This document shows positions 32,837 through 41,435 of a stretch of 41,435 nt of DNA, one piece after another. The notes below the pieces were generated by a model. The model searched no databases and was not told the origin of the DNA. It saw only the letters and a list, made by a program, of their open reading frames with translations. Positions within the stretch are counted from its first letter, which is position 1, and each line of letters opens with the position of its first letter. Where the stretch lies: contig JBIIUP010000002.1 in assembly GCA_044339885.1 (NCBI GenBank), positions 1 to 41,435 of the forward strand, in the 5' to 3' direction. Made by a program: the position numbers and the translations under genes. The stretch comes from Pirellulales bacterium. GTDB lineage: Bacteria > Planctomycetota > Planctomycetia > Pirellulales > UBA1268.

Positions 32837-34551
32837 GTCGCCTGGCCGCGCTGGCGGAAGTACTTGTAGCCCGGCACCATGAAGCAGGCTGCACTCACCA
32901 GCCCGAAGACGATGTGCTGGAAGGACGGGATCGCGCACATCACCAGCGCCGTCGCGAACAGCACGGCCGCCTGGATGTAGAAGGCTCCGGACAGCACGCC
33001 GGCCTTGGCGAAAAACACGACGCCGGCCAGGAGCGACAGCACCGGCGAGAGGCTGAGCACCGGCAGCCCCAGCAGCGCCTCGACGGCGAACAGGAGCACG
33101 CTCGCCAGCACGCTGCCCCCCCAGATGTGCGCGACCTGCCGCTCGACGGCCGTCACCGGCCCGGTGCGGTGGCGGAGCGCCCAGAAGATCGGCGCCCAGA
33201 GCGCGAGGCCGCCTCCCCAGAGCACGAGGTACGGCCAACGGGTCGTGAGCCCCTGCCAGGCGAGCACGTCGGTCGTGACGCACAGACCGAGGATCACGAC
33301 GGAGTGCCACATCCAGAGGAGGCCCCAGTTCTCCAGCACGACGGCGTGGTGCGTCTCGCGGAAGAGCCGGGCGACGACGTCGCGGAACCCGCCCCGGCGG
33401 GCGGCCACCGGCTCCCCCGCGAGGTAGGCCTGCAGGTCGGCCGCGAGGTCGGCCGCCGTGGCGTACCGCAGATCCTGCGGCTTCTGCAGGCTCTTCAGCG
33501 CGATCCATTCGAGGTCGCGGTCGACGTGCGGCTCGAGCGACCGCGGCGGGGGCGGATCGCTCTCCAGCACGGCCAGGAGCGTGTCCATGGCGCTGCCGGC
33601 GAGGAACGGGGGCCGGCCGGTGAGCGTCTGGTAGAGGATCGCCCCCAGACTCCAGACGTCGCTCGTCGGCCCCACGTCGCCCCGGCTGCCGGCGGCCTGC
33701 TCGGGGGACATGTAGCAGGGCGTGCCGAGGATGGCGCCGGTGTGCGTCATCGACATCTCGTTCTCCAGCCGCTTGGCCAGGCCGAAGTCCGAGACCCGCG
33801 GTTCGCCGGCCGCGTCGATGAGGATGTTCGAGGGCTTGAGGTCCCGGTGCAGGACGCCACGGCGGTGCGCCGCCTCCACCGCGACGGCGACCTTCGCCAG
33901 CACGTCGGCCGCCTCGCGCGGTGGCAGCGGACCCTGGGCCAGCCGCCGGGCGAGCGTCGTCCCCTCGACGAGCTGCATGCTGTAGAAGGGATGGCCGTCG
34001 TGCTCGCCGACCTCGAAGACGGAGACGATGCCCGGGTGATCGAGCTGAGCTGCAGCCTCGGCCTCGCTGCGGAACCGGGCCAGGTCCGCGGGACTGGCCA
34101 GGTCGCGGCGGAGGAGCATCTTCAGGGCGACCGTCCGCCCGAGGCTGCGCTGCACCGCGCGGTACACGACCCCCATGCCGCCGCGGCCGATCTCGGCGAC
34201 CAGCTCGTAGTCGCCGAACGTCGTCGGCAGCGGGGAGCCCCCGGCGAGGAAGCCGCCGGTGGCGTCGGCGGCACCGCCGACCAGCACGCCGCCGTCCCCT
34301 TCGCCGCCGAGGAGGATCGTCGACTGCTCGGCGACCGCGTCGGCCATGCTCATCGTGGCGAAGAGCTCGCGGAGGTGCGGGGCCAGGTCGGGGTGCTCCC
34401 GCACCATCCGCTCAAGCGCCGCCTGGGCCGCCGCGCCGCGCTCCTCCGAGAGCGCCTCCAGGAGCGCGGCCAGCAGCTCCTCGCGGTCGGCCGCCAGGGG
34501 CGCGACGGCACCCTGGACGGGACTGGTCGTCGACGGGGTCATGCTGGCCAC
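32833..34551 (-). CDS. Ser/Thr protein kinase with a C-terminal multi-pass membrane domain
   Basis: [35 protein letters not shown]. The C-terminal 190 aa or so hold about 6 hydrophobic helices. GTG at 34551; an alternative ATG lies 3 codons in. Confidence 0.9.
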   Translation of the reverse strand: MASMTPSTTSPVQGAVAPLAADREELLAALLEALSEERGAAAQAALERMVREHPDLAPHLRELFATMSMADAVAEQSTILLGGEGDGGVLVGGAADATGGFLAGGSPLPTTFGDYELVAEIGRGGMGVVYRAVQRSLGRTVALKMLLRRDLASPADLARFRSEAEAAAQLDHPGIVSVFEVGEHDGHPFYSMQLVEGTTLARRLAQGPLPPREAADVLAKVAVAVEAAHRRGVLHRDLKPSNILIDAAGEPRVSDFGLAKRLENEMSMTHTGAILGTPCYMSPEQAAGSRGDVGPTSDVWSLGAILYQTLTGRPPFLAGSAMDTLLAVLESDPPPPRSLEPHVDRDLEWIALKSLQKPQDLRYATAADLAADLQAYLAGEPVAARRGGFRDVVARLFRETHHAVVLENWGLLWMWHSVVILGLCVTTDVLAWQGLTTRWPYLVLWGGGLALWAPIFWALRHRTGPVTAVERQVAHIWGGSVLASVLLFAVEALLGLPVLSLSPVLSLLAGVVFFAKAGVLSGAFYIQAAVLFATALVMCAIPSFQHIVFGLVSAACFMVPGYKYFRQRGQAT

Positions 34552-34655
34552 ACCCGAACCTCAGGAACCGCTCGCTCCGGAAACCGCTTTTCCATCCTAG
34601 GCCGGTCGCGGCCGCTGGCGCCCGCCGGGCGGGCTCGCCGGGGTCGCTCCCGGTG

Positions 34656-35285
34656 TCACTCCAGAAGCGCACGCAGCCGCCGCATGGCCCGCAGGTAACG
34701 CATCCCGGCCGCGGGCTTCGACAGCCCGAGGGCCTCGGCGGCCTCCGCGGTCGAGAGATGCTCGAAGTGCCGCAGGAGCACGATCTCCCGATCCGCCTCG
34801 TCGAGCGTCTCCACGGCGGCGGCGAACCGCCGCTCCAGTTCGTGCCAGGTCGCGGCCGCCGCCGGCGTCAGCTCCCGGTCGGCCAGGCGGTCCGTCGGGC
34901 CGACCGCGCCGTCCCGGGAGTCGCCGCCGCCCAACTGCACCTCGCGATCGACGCTCCGCGCGGCCGCGACCCGGTGCCGCCGGTGCGCGTCGATGAGCCG
35001 GTCGCGGGCCATGTGCCGCAGCCACAACTGGAACGGCATGGTGGGGTTGGCGAGGTAGTCGCCGAGCCGGCGATTGGCCTCGATGAGCACGTCCTGGACG
35101 ATGTCGCTGGCGTCGACCCGCCGCTGCACGCCGCGGTCCATGCGGCGGTCGATCATCCGCCGGATCGCGGCGCGGTGCCGCTCGAGCAGGCCGTTGACGG
35201 CCGCCCGGTCTCCGCGGCGGACGCGGTCGAGGAGGGCGAGCGTCGGCTGCCCCTCGCCGGCAGGGCTGTCGGACGTGCGGGTCAT
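34656..35285 (-). CDS. ECF-type RNA polymerase sigma factor (kinase-associated type)
   Basis: ATG at 35285. Region 2 reads DASDIVQDVLIEA...FQLWLRHMARDRLID. Region 4 HTH reads REIVLLRHFEHLSTAEAAEALGLSKPAAGMRYLRAMRRL. Confidence 0.88.
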   Translation of the reverse strand: MTRTSDSPAGEGQPTLALLDRVRRGDRAAVNGLLERHRAAIRRMIDRRMDRGVQRRVDASDIVQDVLIEANRRLGDYLANPTMPFQLWLRHMARDRLIDAHRRHRVAAARSVDREVQLGGGDSRDGAVGPTDRLADRELTPAAAATWHELERRFAAAVETLDEADREIVLLRHFEHLSTAEAAEALGLSKPAAGMRYLRAMRRLRALLE

Positions 35286-35490
35286 GACGGTCGGTGGCCC
35301 GGGAACTGGATTTCCCCATCGTACCAACGTGTCGACCCGGACGGTGATGCCGATCGTGCGCGACGTCCGGGCCCGAGCTCCGAACGGCGGCGGGAAATCG
35401 ACCCTTTTTTGCCAGTGAGTTTTTTGCCCGGCGAGAAACCGTGCGCCATAATCGCCGGCGGTTCATGGAGAGACCGCTGGCTGCCGCGCC

Positions 35491-37215
35491 ATGCCGCGGC
35501 GAAGCGCGAGCAAACGGACTTCCCCCGTGCCTGGCGTCCTCCCCCAGACGTGGATCCGCCGCCTCCTCCGCGCGGCGTTTCTCCCGGCCGCACTCGTGCT
35601 GCTGGCGGCCCCGGCCGGTGCGGCCGAATCGTCCCTCGCCTGGACGCCGGCGGCCGGCCACCACGACGACCTCGCCTCCCGCGCCGAATCGCTCGCCCAC
35701 GAGGGCCGATGGGCCGACGTGGTCAGCATCTGCGAGACGGCGGCCCGCAAGGGCTCGTTGGCCCCGGCGCTCCGCGAGCGGTACGACCTCGCCAAGCTGC
35801 ACTGCGACATCGCCCGCCGGCACGCCGAACCGGCCTTCCGTCGCCAGCTCGCCGCGCTGTCCGAAGCCGACGCCAGGCGGGTCTACGCCGAGGTAATCGG
35901 CCGAATCGCCTCGCACCACGTCGACCATCCGGACTTCGCCCGCCTCGCGGGCCGCGGCCGGCTGGCGGTGGAGGTGGCGATCGAGGAGCCGGCGTTCGTC
36001 GCCGTCCACGCCACGCAGGCCACGCCGGAGCGGCGGGCCCTCTACCGGCAGCAGGTCCAGGCGCTCGTCGCCGCACGTCCGGTCGCCACGCAGGCCGACG
36101 TGGAGACCCACGCCGCCTGGATCGCCCGCGTCGCCCATTCGATCCTGGGCGTCGCCCCGGCCGTCACGCTCATGGAGATGTCCGCCGCCGCCGTGGGGGG
36201 CCTCGACGAATACTCGGCCTTCCTCACCAACGGCCAGCTCGACGACCTCTACGCGCAGATCGAGGGCCGCTTCGTCGGGCTCGGCGTCGAGCTGAAGTCG
36301 GCGCCGGACGGCCTGCTGGTGGTGCACGTGATCCCCGGCAGCCCCGCCGAACGGTCGGGCCTCCGCCCCGGCGACCACCTCGTCGGCATCGGCGGACGGG
36401 CGATCGGCGGGCTCGGCGTCGACGAGGCGGCGCAGCTGCTCCAGGGGGCGGAGGGCAGCCTCGTGACGCTCGCGATCGTCCGCGGTCCCGGCCCCGCCCG
36501 GGCCGTCACGGTCCGCCGCGAGCACGTCGAGGTGCCGAGCGTCGAGGGGGACAAATTGCTCGACGCCGCGGCCGGCGTGGCCTACCTCAAGCTGGCGTCG
36601 TTCCAGAAGACGACCGCCGCCGACCTCGAGGCGGCGCTGCGGCGGCTCGACCAGTCCGGCATGCGGTCGCTGGTCATCGACCTCCGCGGCAATCCGGGGG
36701 GGCTGCTCTCGGCCGCGGTCGACGTCGCCGACCTGTTCCTCGAGCGCGGCCTCGTCGTGGCCACCCGCGGCCGCAGCCCCGAGGAGGACTTCAACTACTC
36801 CGCGGGCCGGCCGGGCACCTGGCGGATGCCGCTGGTCGTGCTCATCGACGGCGACTCCGCCAGCTCCAGCGAGATCTTCGCCGGCGCCATCCGCGACCAC
36901 GGCCGCGGCACGATCGTGGGCTCCCGCAGCTACGGCAAGGGATCGATCCAGGGCATCTTCCCCCTGGAGAGCGCCGGGGTGGGGATGCGGCTGACGACGG
37001 CGAAGTTCTTCTCCCCCCGTGGCCTGCCCTACAGCAACGTCGGCGTCGAGCCCCACGTGCCGGTGCACGCCGCCGCCCGGCCCGTCGAGGGGCAGCGGGT
37101 CGAGGAGACGCTCGCCCGGGCCGTGGCCGACTCGGCCCTCGACGCCGCCGTCGAGGTCGCCCGGCGGTCGCTGCAGCCGCGGCCGACCGTCCGGCCGGTG
37201 GCACAGGCCCGATGA
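35491..37215 (+). CDS. S41 family C-terminal processing peptidase with PDZ domain
   Basis: Signal/TM LLRAAFLPAALVLLAAPAGA. PDZ GVELKSAPDGLLVVHVIPGSPAERSGLRPGDHLVGIGG. Catalytic region LVIDLRGNPGGLL, DGDSASSSEIFAGA, GKGSIQ. Confidence 0.88.
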   Translation: MPRRSASKRTSPVPGVLPQTWIRRLLRAAFLPAALVLLAAPAGAAESSLAWTPAAGHHDDLASRAESLAHEGRWADVVSICETAARKGSLAPALRERYDLAKLHCDIARRHAEPAFRRQLAALSEADARRVYAEVIGRIASHHVDHPDFARLAGRGRLAVEVAIEEPAFVAVHATQATPERRALYRQQVQALVAARPVATQADVETHAAWIARVAHSILGVAPAVTLMEMSAAAVGGLDEYSAFLTNGQLDDLYAQIEGRFVGLGVELKSAPDGLLVVHVIPGSPAERSGLRPGDHLVGIGGRAIGGLGVDEAAQLLQGAEGSLVTLAIVRGPGPARAVTVRREHVEVPSVEGDKLLDAAAGVAYLKLASFQKTTAADLEAALRRLDQSGMRSLVIDLRGNPGGLLSAAVDVADLFLERGLVVATRGRSPEEDFNYSAGRPGTWRMPLVVLIDGDSASSSEIFAGAIRDHGRGTIVGSRSYGKGSIQGIFPLESAGVGMRLTTAKFFSPRGLPYSNVGVEPHVPVHAAARPVEGQRVEETLARAVADSALDAAVEVARRSLQPRPTVRPVAQAR

Positions 37216-37437
37216 CATGCGTCCTGAGGCGGCCGCCCCGCGGAGGCCGTCCCTTGAACTGCCCCTGCCCCGGCGTTACCCTGCGACTGACGGTAGTCAG
37301 CGGTGCCCGCCGTTGAAATTTCTTCTGGCTGCGGCGGGTTTCCGGGGACGCGCACCGACGTCGGTGGCGATGCCGGCGCGCGGCCGGGCTCCCGTTCCAT
37401 TCTCCAGCCATACCCGCAACCGGAAGCAGGACCTCCC

Positions 37438-39612
37438 ATGACCACCGCCCGTGCCAGCGCGATCGCCGCCATCAACTCCTACAAGGCCAAGGGGCCGGGC
37501 TGGAACTTCCGCGAGACGCCCACCAGCGAGATCTTCGGCTCGAACGTCTTCAGCGACGCGGTCATGAAGGACCGGCTGCCGAAGAGCGTCTACAAGGCCC
37601 TCCAGGCGACCATCAAGCAGGGGAAGCCGATCGATCCGGGCATCGCCGACGCCGTCGCCCTGGCCATGAAGGACTGGTCCATCGAGAAGGGCGCCACCCA
37701 CTACGCCCACGTCTTCTATCCGCTCACCGGCCTCACCGCCGAGAAGCACGACAGCTTCCTCACGCCGACCGGCGACGGCGACGCGATCGCGGAGTTCTCG
37801 GGCAAGGAGCTGATCCAGGGCGAGCCCGACGCGTCGAGCTTCCCCTCGGGCGGCCTGCGGGCCACGTTCGAGGCGCGGGGCTACACCGCCTGGGATCCGA
37901 CGAGCCCCGCGTACATCCTCGAGAACCCCAACGGCACCACGCTCTGCATCCCCACCGCCTTCTGCTCGTGGACGGGCGAGGCGCTCGACAAGAAGACGCC
38001 GCTCCTGCGGTCGATGCAGGCGGTCGACAAGCAGGCCCGCCGCGTGCTCGCCCTCTTCGGCCACAAGGACGTCGGCCAGGTGATGGCGTCGGCCGGACCG
38101 GAGCAGGAGTACTTCCTGATCGACCGCAACTTCTTCTTCGCCCGGCCCGACCTGACGATGACCGGCCGGACGCTCTTCGGCGCCAAGCCGCCGAAGGGGC
38201 AGGAGTTCGAGGATCAGTACTTCGGCGCGATCCCCGAGCGGGTGCTGGCCTGCATGATGGACGCGGAGCGCGAGCTCTACAAGCTCGGCGTGCCGGTCAA
38301 GACCCGGCACAACGAGGTGGCCCCGAGCCAGTACGAGATCGCCCCGATCTACGAGAACGCCAACATCGCCACCGACCACCAGCAGTCGATCATGCAGATG
38401 CTGACGCGGGTGGCGCAGAAGCACGGCATGGCCTGCCTGCTCCACGAGAAGCCCTTCGCCGGCATCAACGGGTCGGGCAAGCACGTCAACTGGTCGATGG
38501 GCTGCAAGCTCGGCAACCTGCTGGAGCCGGGGGAGACGCCGCACGCCAACATGCAGTTCCTGGTCTTCTGTGCCGCCGTGATCCGGGCGGTGCACCTCCA
38601 CGGCGACCTGCTGCGGGCCGTGGTGGCCTCCAGCGCCAACGACCACCGGCTCGGGGCCAACGAGGCCCCGCCGGCCATCATCTCGATCTTCCTCGGCGAC
38701 CAGCTCGCCGACATCTTCGGGCAGATCGAGAAGGGCAAGGCGACGAGCTCCAAGTCGAGCGGCACGCTCACCGTGGGCGTCGACACCCTGCCCCCGCTCC
38801 CCAAGCACGCCGGTGACCGCAACCGCACGAGCCCCTTCGCCTTCACCGGCAACAAGTTCGAGTTCCGGGCCGTGGGCTCCAGCCAGTCGATCGCGGGGCC
38901 GCTGGTGGCGCTCAACACGATCGTCGCCGAGAGCCTCGACCACGTCGCGACGGAGCTGGAGAAGGCCACCGGGGGGGACGTCGCCAAGCTGCCCGCCGCC
39001 GTGGAGAAGCTGCTCCAGAAGCTCATCGCCGAGCACAAGGCCGTGATCTTCAACGGCAACGGCTATTCGCAGGAGTGGCACGACGAGGCGAAGAAGCGGG
39101 GGCTGCCCAACCACCGCTCGACACCCGAGGCCCTCGACCAGCTGGTCGCCCCGAAGACCCTCGCCATGTTCGAGAAGTACGGCGTGCTCTCCGAGCGGGA
39201 GATGCGGAGCCGCTACGACATCTACATGGAGCGGTACTGCAAGGACATCAACACCGAGGCCCAGGCCGCCCTGCAGATCGCCAAGACGATGATCCTGCCG
39301 GCCGGCTACCGCTACCAGGGCGAGCTCGTCGACATCGCGTCGAAGCTCAAGGGCCTGGGGCAGACGCCCCACCTCGGCACGCTCGACACGCTCACGAAGC
39401 TCGTCGGCGAGTTCGAGGGGCGGATCGGGGCGCTCGAAAAGTCGCTGGCCCACCACGGAGGCGGCGACCTCCGCGCCGAGGTCGGACACTTCCACGACGA
39501 CGTGATCCCGGCGATGGTGGCCCTCCGCGAGACGGCCGACCAGATCGAAGTCATCCTGCCGGACGACCTCTGGCCGCTGCCGACCTACCGCGAGATGCTG
39601 TTCATCAAGTGA
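37438..39612 (+). CDS. glnN: Glutamine synthetase type III
   Basis: ATG at 37438, 724 aa. GSIII-typical N-terminus ([35 protein letters not shown]), the catalytic motifs [10 protein letters not shown] and [16 protein letters not shown], and [18 protein letters not shown]. Confidence 0.93.
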   Translation: MTTARASAIAAINSYKAKGPGWNFRETPTSEIFGSNVFSDAVMKDRLPKSVYKALQATIKQGKPIDPGIADAVALAMKDWSIEKGATHYAHVFYPLTGLTAEKHDSFLTPTGDGDAIAEFSGKELIQGEPDASSFPSGGLRATFEARGYTAWDPTSPAYILENPNGTTLCIPTAFCSWTGEALDKKTPLLRSMQAVDKQARRVLALFGHKDVGQVMASAGPEQEYFLIDRNFFFARPDLTMTGRTLFGAKPPKGQEFEDQYFGAIPERVLACMMDAERELYKLGVPVKTRHNEVAPSQYEIAPIYENANIATDHQQSIMQMLTRVAQKHGMACLLHEKPFAGINGSGKHVNWSMGCKLGNLLEPGETPHANMQFLVFCAAVIRAVHLHGDLLRAVVASSANDHRLGANEAPPAIISIFLGDQLADIFGQIEKGKATSSKSSGTLTVGVDTLPPLPKHAGDRNRTSPFAFTGNKFEFRAVGSSQSIAGPLVALNTIVAESLDHVATELEKATGGDVAKLPAAVEKLLQKLIAEHKAVIFNGNGYSQEWHDEAKKRGLPNHRSTPEALDQLVAPKTLAMFEKYGVLSEREMRSRYDIYMERYCKDINTEAQAALQIAKTMILPAGYRYQGELVDIASKLKGLGQTPHLGTLDTLTKLVGEFEGRIGALEKSLAHHGGGDLRAEVGHFHDDVIPAMVALRETADQIEVILPDDLWPLPTYREMLFIK

Positions 39613-40277
39613 GCGAGGCCGACCTGCCCGGGGCGATCGCCGCCGCGTGCGGCCGCCTCGGCCTGGACGTCAGTCCCGACGCCCACCGGGGGCTCGCCGC
39701 CTACGCGGTGAGCCTCTGGTCCTGGAACGAGCGGCTGAACCTCACCCGGCACCTCGACGTCGAGCGATTCGTCGGCCGGGACGTCGCCGACGCCGCGGCG
39801 CTGGCCCGGCACCTGGCCCGCGGCGAGCGGGTGCTCGACGTCGGCACCGGGGGCGGCGCGCCCGGGGTCATCCTCGCGATCCTCAGGCCCGACCTGCGGG
39901 TGGAGCTCTGCGACAGCGTCGCCAAGAAGGCCCGGGCGGTCGAGGCGATCGTCGCCGAGGCCGGCCTGCCGATCCCGGTGCACGCCGCGGCGGCCCAGGC
40001 GCTCGTCGCCGGGCGCCGGGAGGGTCCGGACCGCTTCGACACGCTCGTCGTGCGGGCCGTCGCGCCGCTGGGAAAGCTCCTCCGCTGGTTCGAGCCGCTC
40101 GCCGGCAACTACGGCCGGCTGCTGGTGATCAAGGGTCCGCGGTGGGAGGAGGAGCAGGCGGAGGCCCGCCACGCCGGCCTCGGCCGGAGGCTTGCGATCC
40201 GCCGCATCGACGCCTGGCCGCTGGCCGGCACCGAGAGCGAGACCGCCCTCCTCGAGATCACGCCCCGTCCGGCCTGA
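39609..40277 (+). CDS. rsmG: 16S rRNA (guanine527-N7)-methyltransferase RsmG
   Basis: GTG at 39609 overlaps the glnN stop (GTGA). [11 protein letters not shown] motif [22 protein letters not shown]. Confidence 0.85.
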   Translation: MSEADLPGAIAAACGRLGLDVSPDAHRGLAAYAVSLWSWNERLNLTRHLDVERFVGRDVADAAALARHLARGERVLDVGTGGGAPGVILAILRPDLRVELCDSVAKKARAVEAIVAEAGLPIPVHAAAAQALVAGRREGPDRFDTLVVRAVAPLGKLLRWFEPLAGNYGRLLVIKGPRWEEEQAEARHAGLGRRLAIRRIDAWPLAGTESETALLEITPRPA

Positions 40278-40470
40278 CGCGGCGGCCGCGCGGTCGCCTC
40301 CGGTCCCGGGATCCTTCCGCTGAAGCGCATGCGACAACGGACCCTGGGAAACCAGTTGACGAGGCGAAGGGGGTCGGCGAACGCTCGAGGAGCCTTGGGC
40401 CGCCTCGGCACACAGCGACGAGACTTTTGCCGCCCCCGAGCCGACGCTCCAAGAGTGCGGGATCCTTCCG

Positions 40471-41435
40471 CTACACGCGGATGAAGATCTTCTGCTTCGC
40501 CATCCACAGGCACACCAGCCAGAACGCGAGTCCGACGGCGTTGGCCTCGACGAGCGGCATGAAGTCGCTCCAAGCGGCGAGCGTCCCGCCGCCGACGAGC
40601 TCCGCCAGCGGCTGGACGAGGTGCACCCGCAGTCGGCCGGCGGTCCAGCCGCGCAGCAGCTGCGACATCATGTAGATGGCGATCGAGTTGACGCCGACGA
40701 CGACCGCGAAGGAGCTCCACCGCCGCTGGCCGGCAACGTCGATGACGGCGTAGAGGGCCGTCAGGATGAGCACGCAGATGCCGCCGGAAAAGAGCGTCCA
40801 GGACGGGGTCCAGAGCCGTTTGACGATCGGGCATCCCAGCTGCTGCCACGCCAGCCCCGCGACGATGCCGCCGACGCCGAGGCCGAGGAGCGTCGTCAGC
40901 CGCCGCCGCTCCGAGGCGGGAGACCGCAACGTCTCGCCGCAGATCAGCCCGATCAGCATCGTGGCCAACGCGGGAATGAAGTTGATCGTCGGGTAGCCGC
41001 CGGGGTTGAACCGGAACGGCTCCTGCCTGGGGAACCAGTTGAGGAACACCGTGTCGACCGCATGCCCGACGTTCGCGTTCTTGTGCCAGTGGCGATCCAC
41101 GTCCGCCAGGTGGTCGCGGGCCCACGCCGCCGGGATCCCCACCGCCGCGTCGCCGGTCGTGAGGTCGATGCCGGCGGTGGGATACGCCCGGTAGGCCAGG
41201 AACGTGACGACGAGCAGCCCGGCGACGGCGGCCGCCTGGACCGCGACGGGGCGACGCCACGACAGGAAGAGGAACGGGTAGCCCAGACCGATCTGCGAGA
41301 GCACGTTCATGAACGTCCAGTTCGTCTGCGTCACCTGCGGTCCGACCGAACTCAGGAAGACGCCCAGCAGCACCAGGATCGCGCTGCGGGACACCGCGTG
41401 CAGGAACAGGGCCCGGTCCGACTGGCCGCGGGCCG
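40471..41435 (-). CDS. Acyltransferase-like polytopic membrane protein (DUF5009 / heparan-alpha-glucosaminide N-acetyltransferase-like); 5' end outside window
   Basis: The frame remains open to the right window edge (…ARGQSDRALFLHAVSRSAILVLL). Multiple TM helices. VLSQIGLGYPF, GYPTINFIPALATML, VVVGVNSIAIYM. Confidence 0.7.
   Translation of the reverse strand, partial: ARGQSDRALFLHAVSRSAILVLLGVFLSSVGPQVTQTNWTFMNVLSQIGLGYPFLFLSWRRPVAVQAAAVAGLLVVTFLAYRAYPTAGIDLTTGDAAVGIPAAWARDHLADVDRHWHKNANVGHAVDTVFLNWFPRQEPFRFNPGGYPTINFIPALATMLIGLICGETLRSPASERRRLTTLLGLGVGGIVAGLAWQQLGCPIVKRLWTPSWTLFSGGICVLILTALYAVIDVAGQRRWSSFAVVVGVNSIAIYMMSQLLRGWTAGRLRVHLVQPLAELVGGGTLAAWSDFMPLVEANAVGLAFWLVCLWMAKQKIFIRV

Noticed and set aside
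33921-37316. 1131-aa plus-strand ORF and the 873-aa minus-strand ORF at 34597-37218
   Set aside because: These are out-of-frame or antisense shadows of the kinase, sigma factor and S41 peptidase genes. Their translations are Arg/Pro/Gly homopolymer-like.

Overview
Very GC-rich chromosomal segment with several Planctomycetota hallmarks: a YTV-repeat envelope protein, a BBP7-like beta-barrel, a formylglycine-type sulfatase, an ECF sigma factor paired with a Ser/Thr kinase, and an 'LExRxLL' N-terminal leader. I support about 37 protein-coding genes. I found no rRNA, tRNA, CRISPR array, transposase or integrase. Housekeeping blocks are a peptide ABC importer (1-2919), a pyrimidine nucleoside salvage cluster nupC-deoA-upp/cdd (27806-31597), and glnN (GS type III) followed by rsmG (37438-40277). 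The parts worth a second look are these. (1) An envelope gene neighbourhood at 14517-19453: a highly repetitive Cys-capped YTV protein, a DUF11/FG-GAP/FKBP isomerase fusion, and a beta-barrel. (2) An ECF sigma / membrane Ser/Thr kinase / secreted PQQ-like propeller operon with no anti-sigma factor, where the sigma has Ser in place of the acidic residue of the region 2.2 DAED motif. (3) An 861-aa TPM-domain, TM, giant helical protein. (4) A scar-like region at 25736-27805: a sulfatase gene lacking its C-terminal subdomain, a PLAAT/LRAT-like acyltransferase with a hydrophobic tail, and a 387-bp spacer packed with three unrelated tandem-repeat families (11, 41 and 22 bp). (5) An orphan flavin-dependent-halogenase-like gene and a P1B-5-like (TPCP) P-type ATPase. 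All family assignments come from motif recognition by eye, and no database search was run. Many long ORFs in the six-frame track are antisense or out-of-frame artefacts of the GC bias and were rejected.
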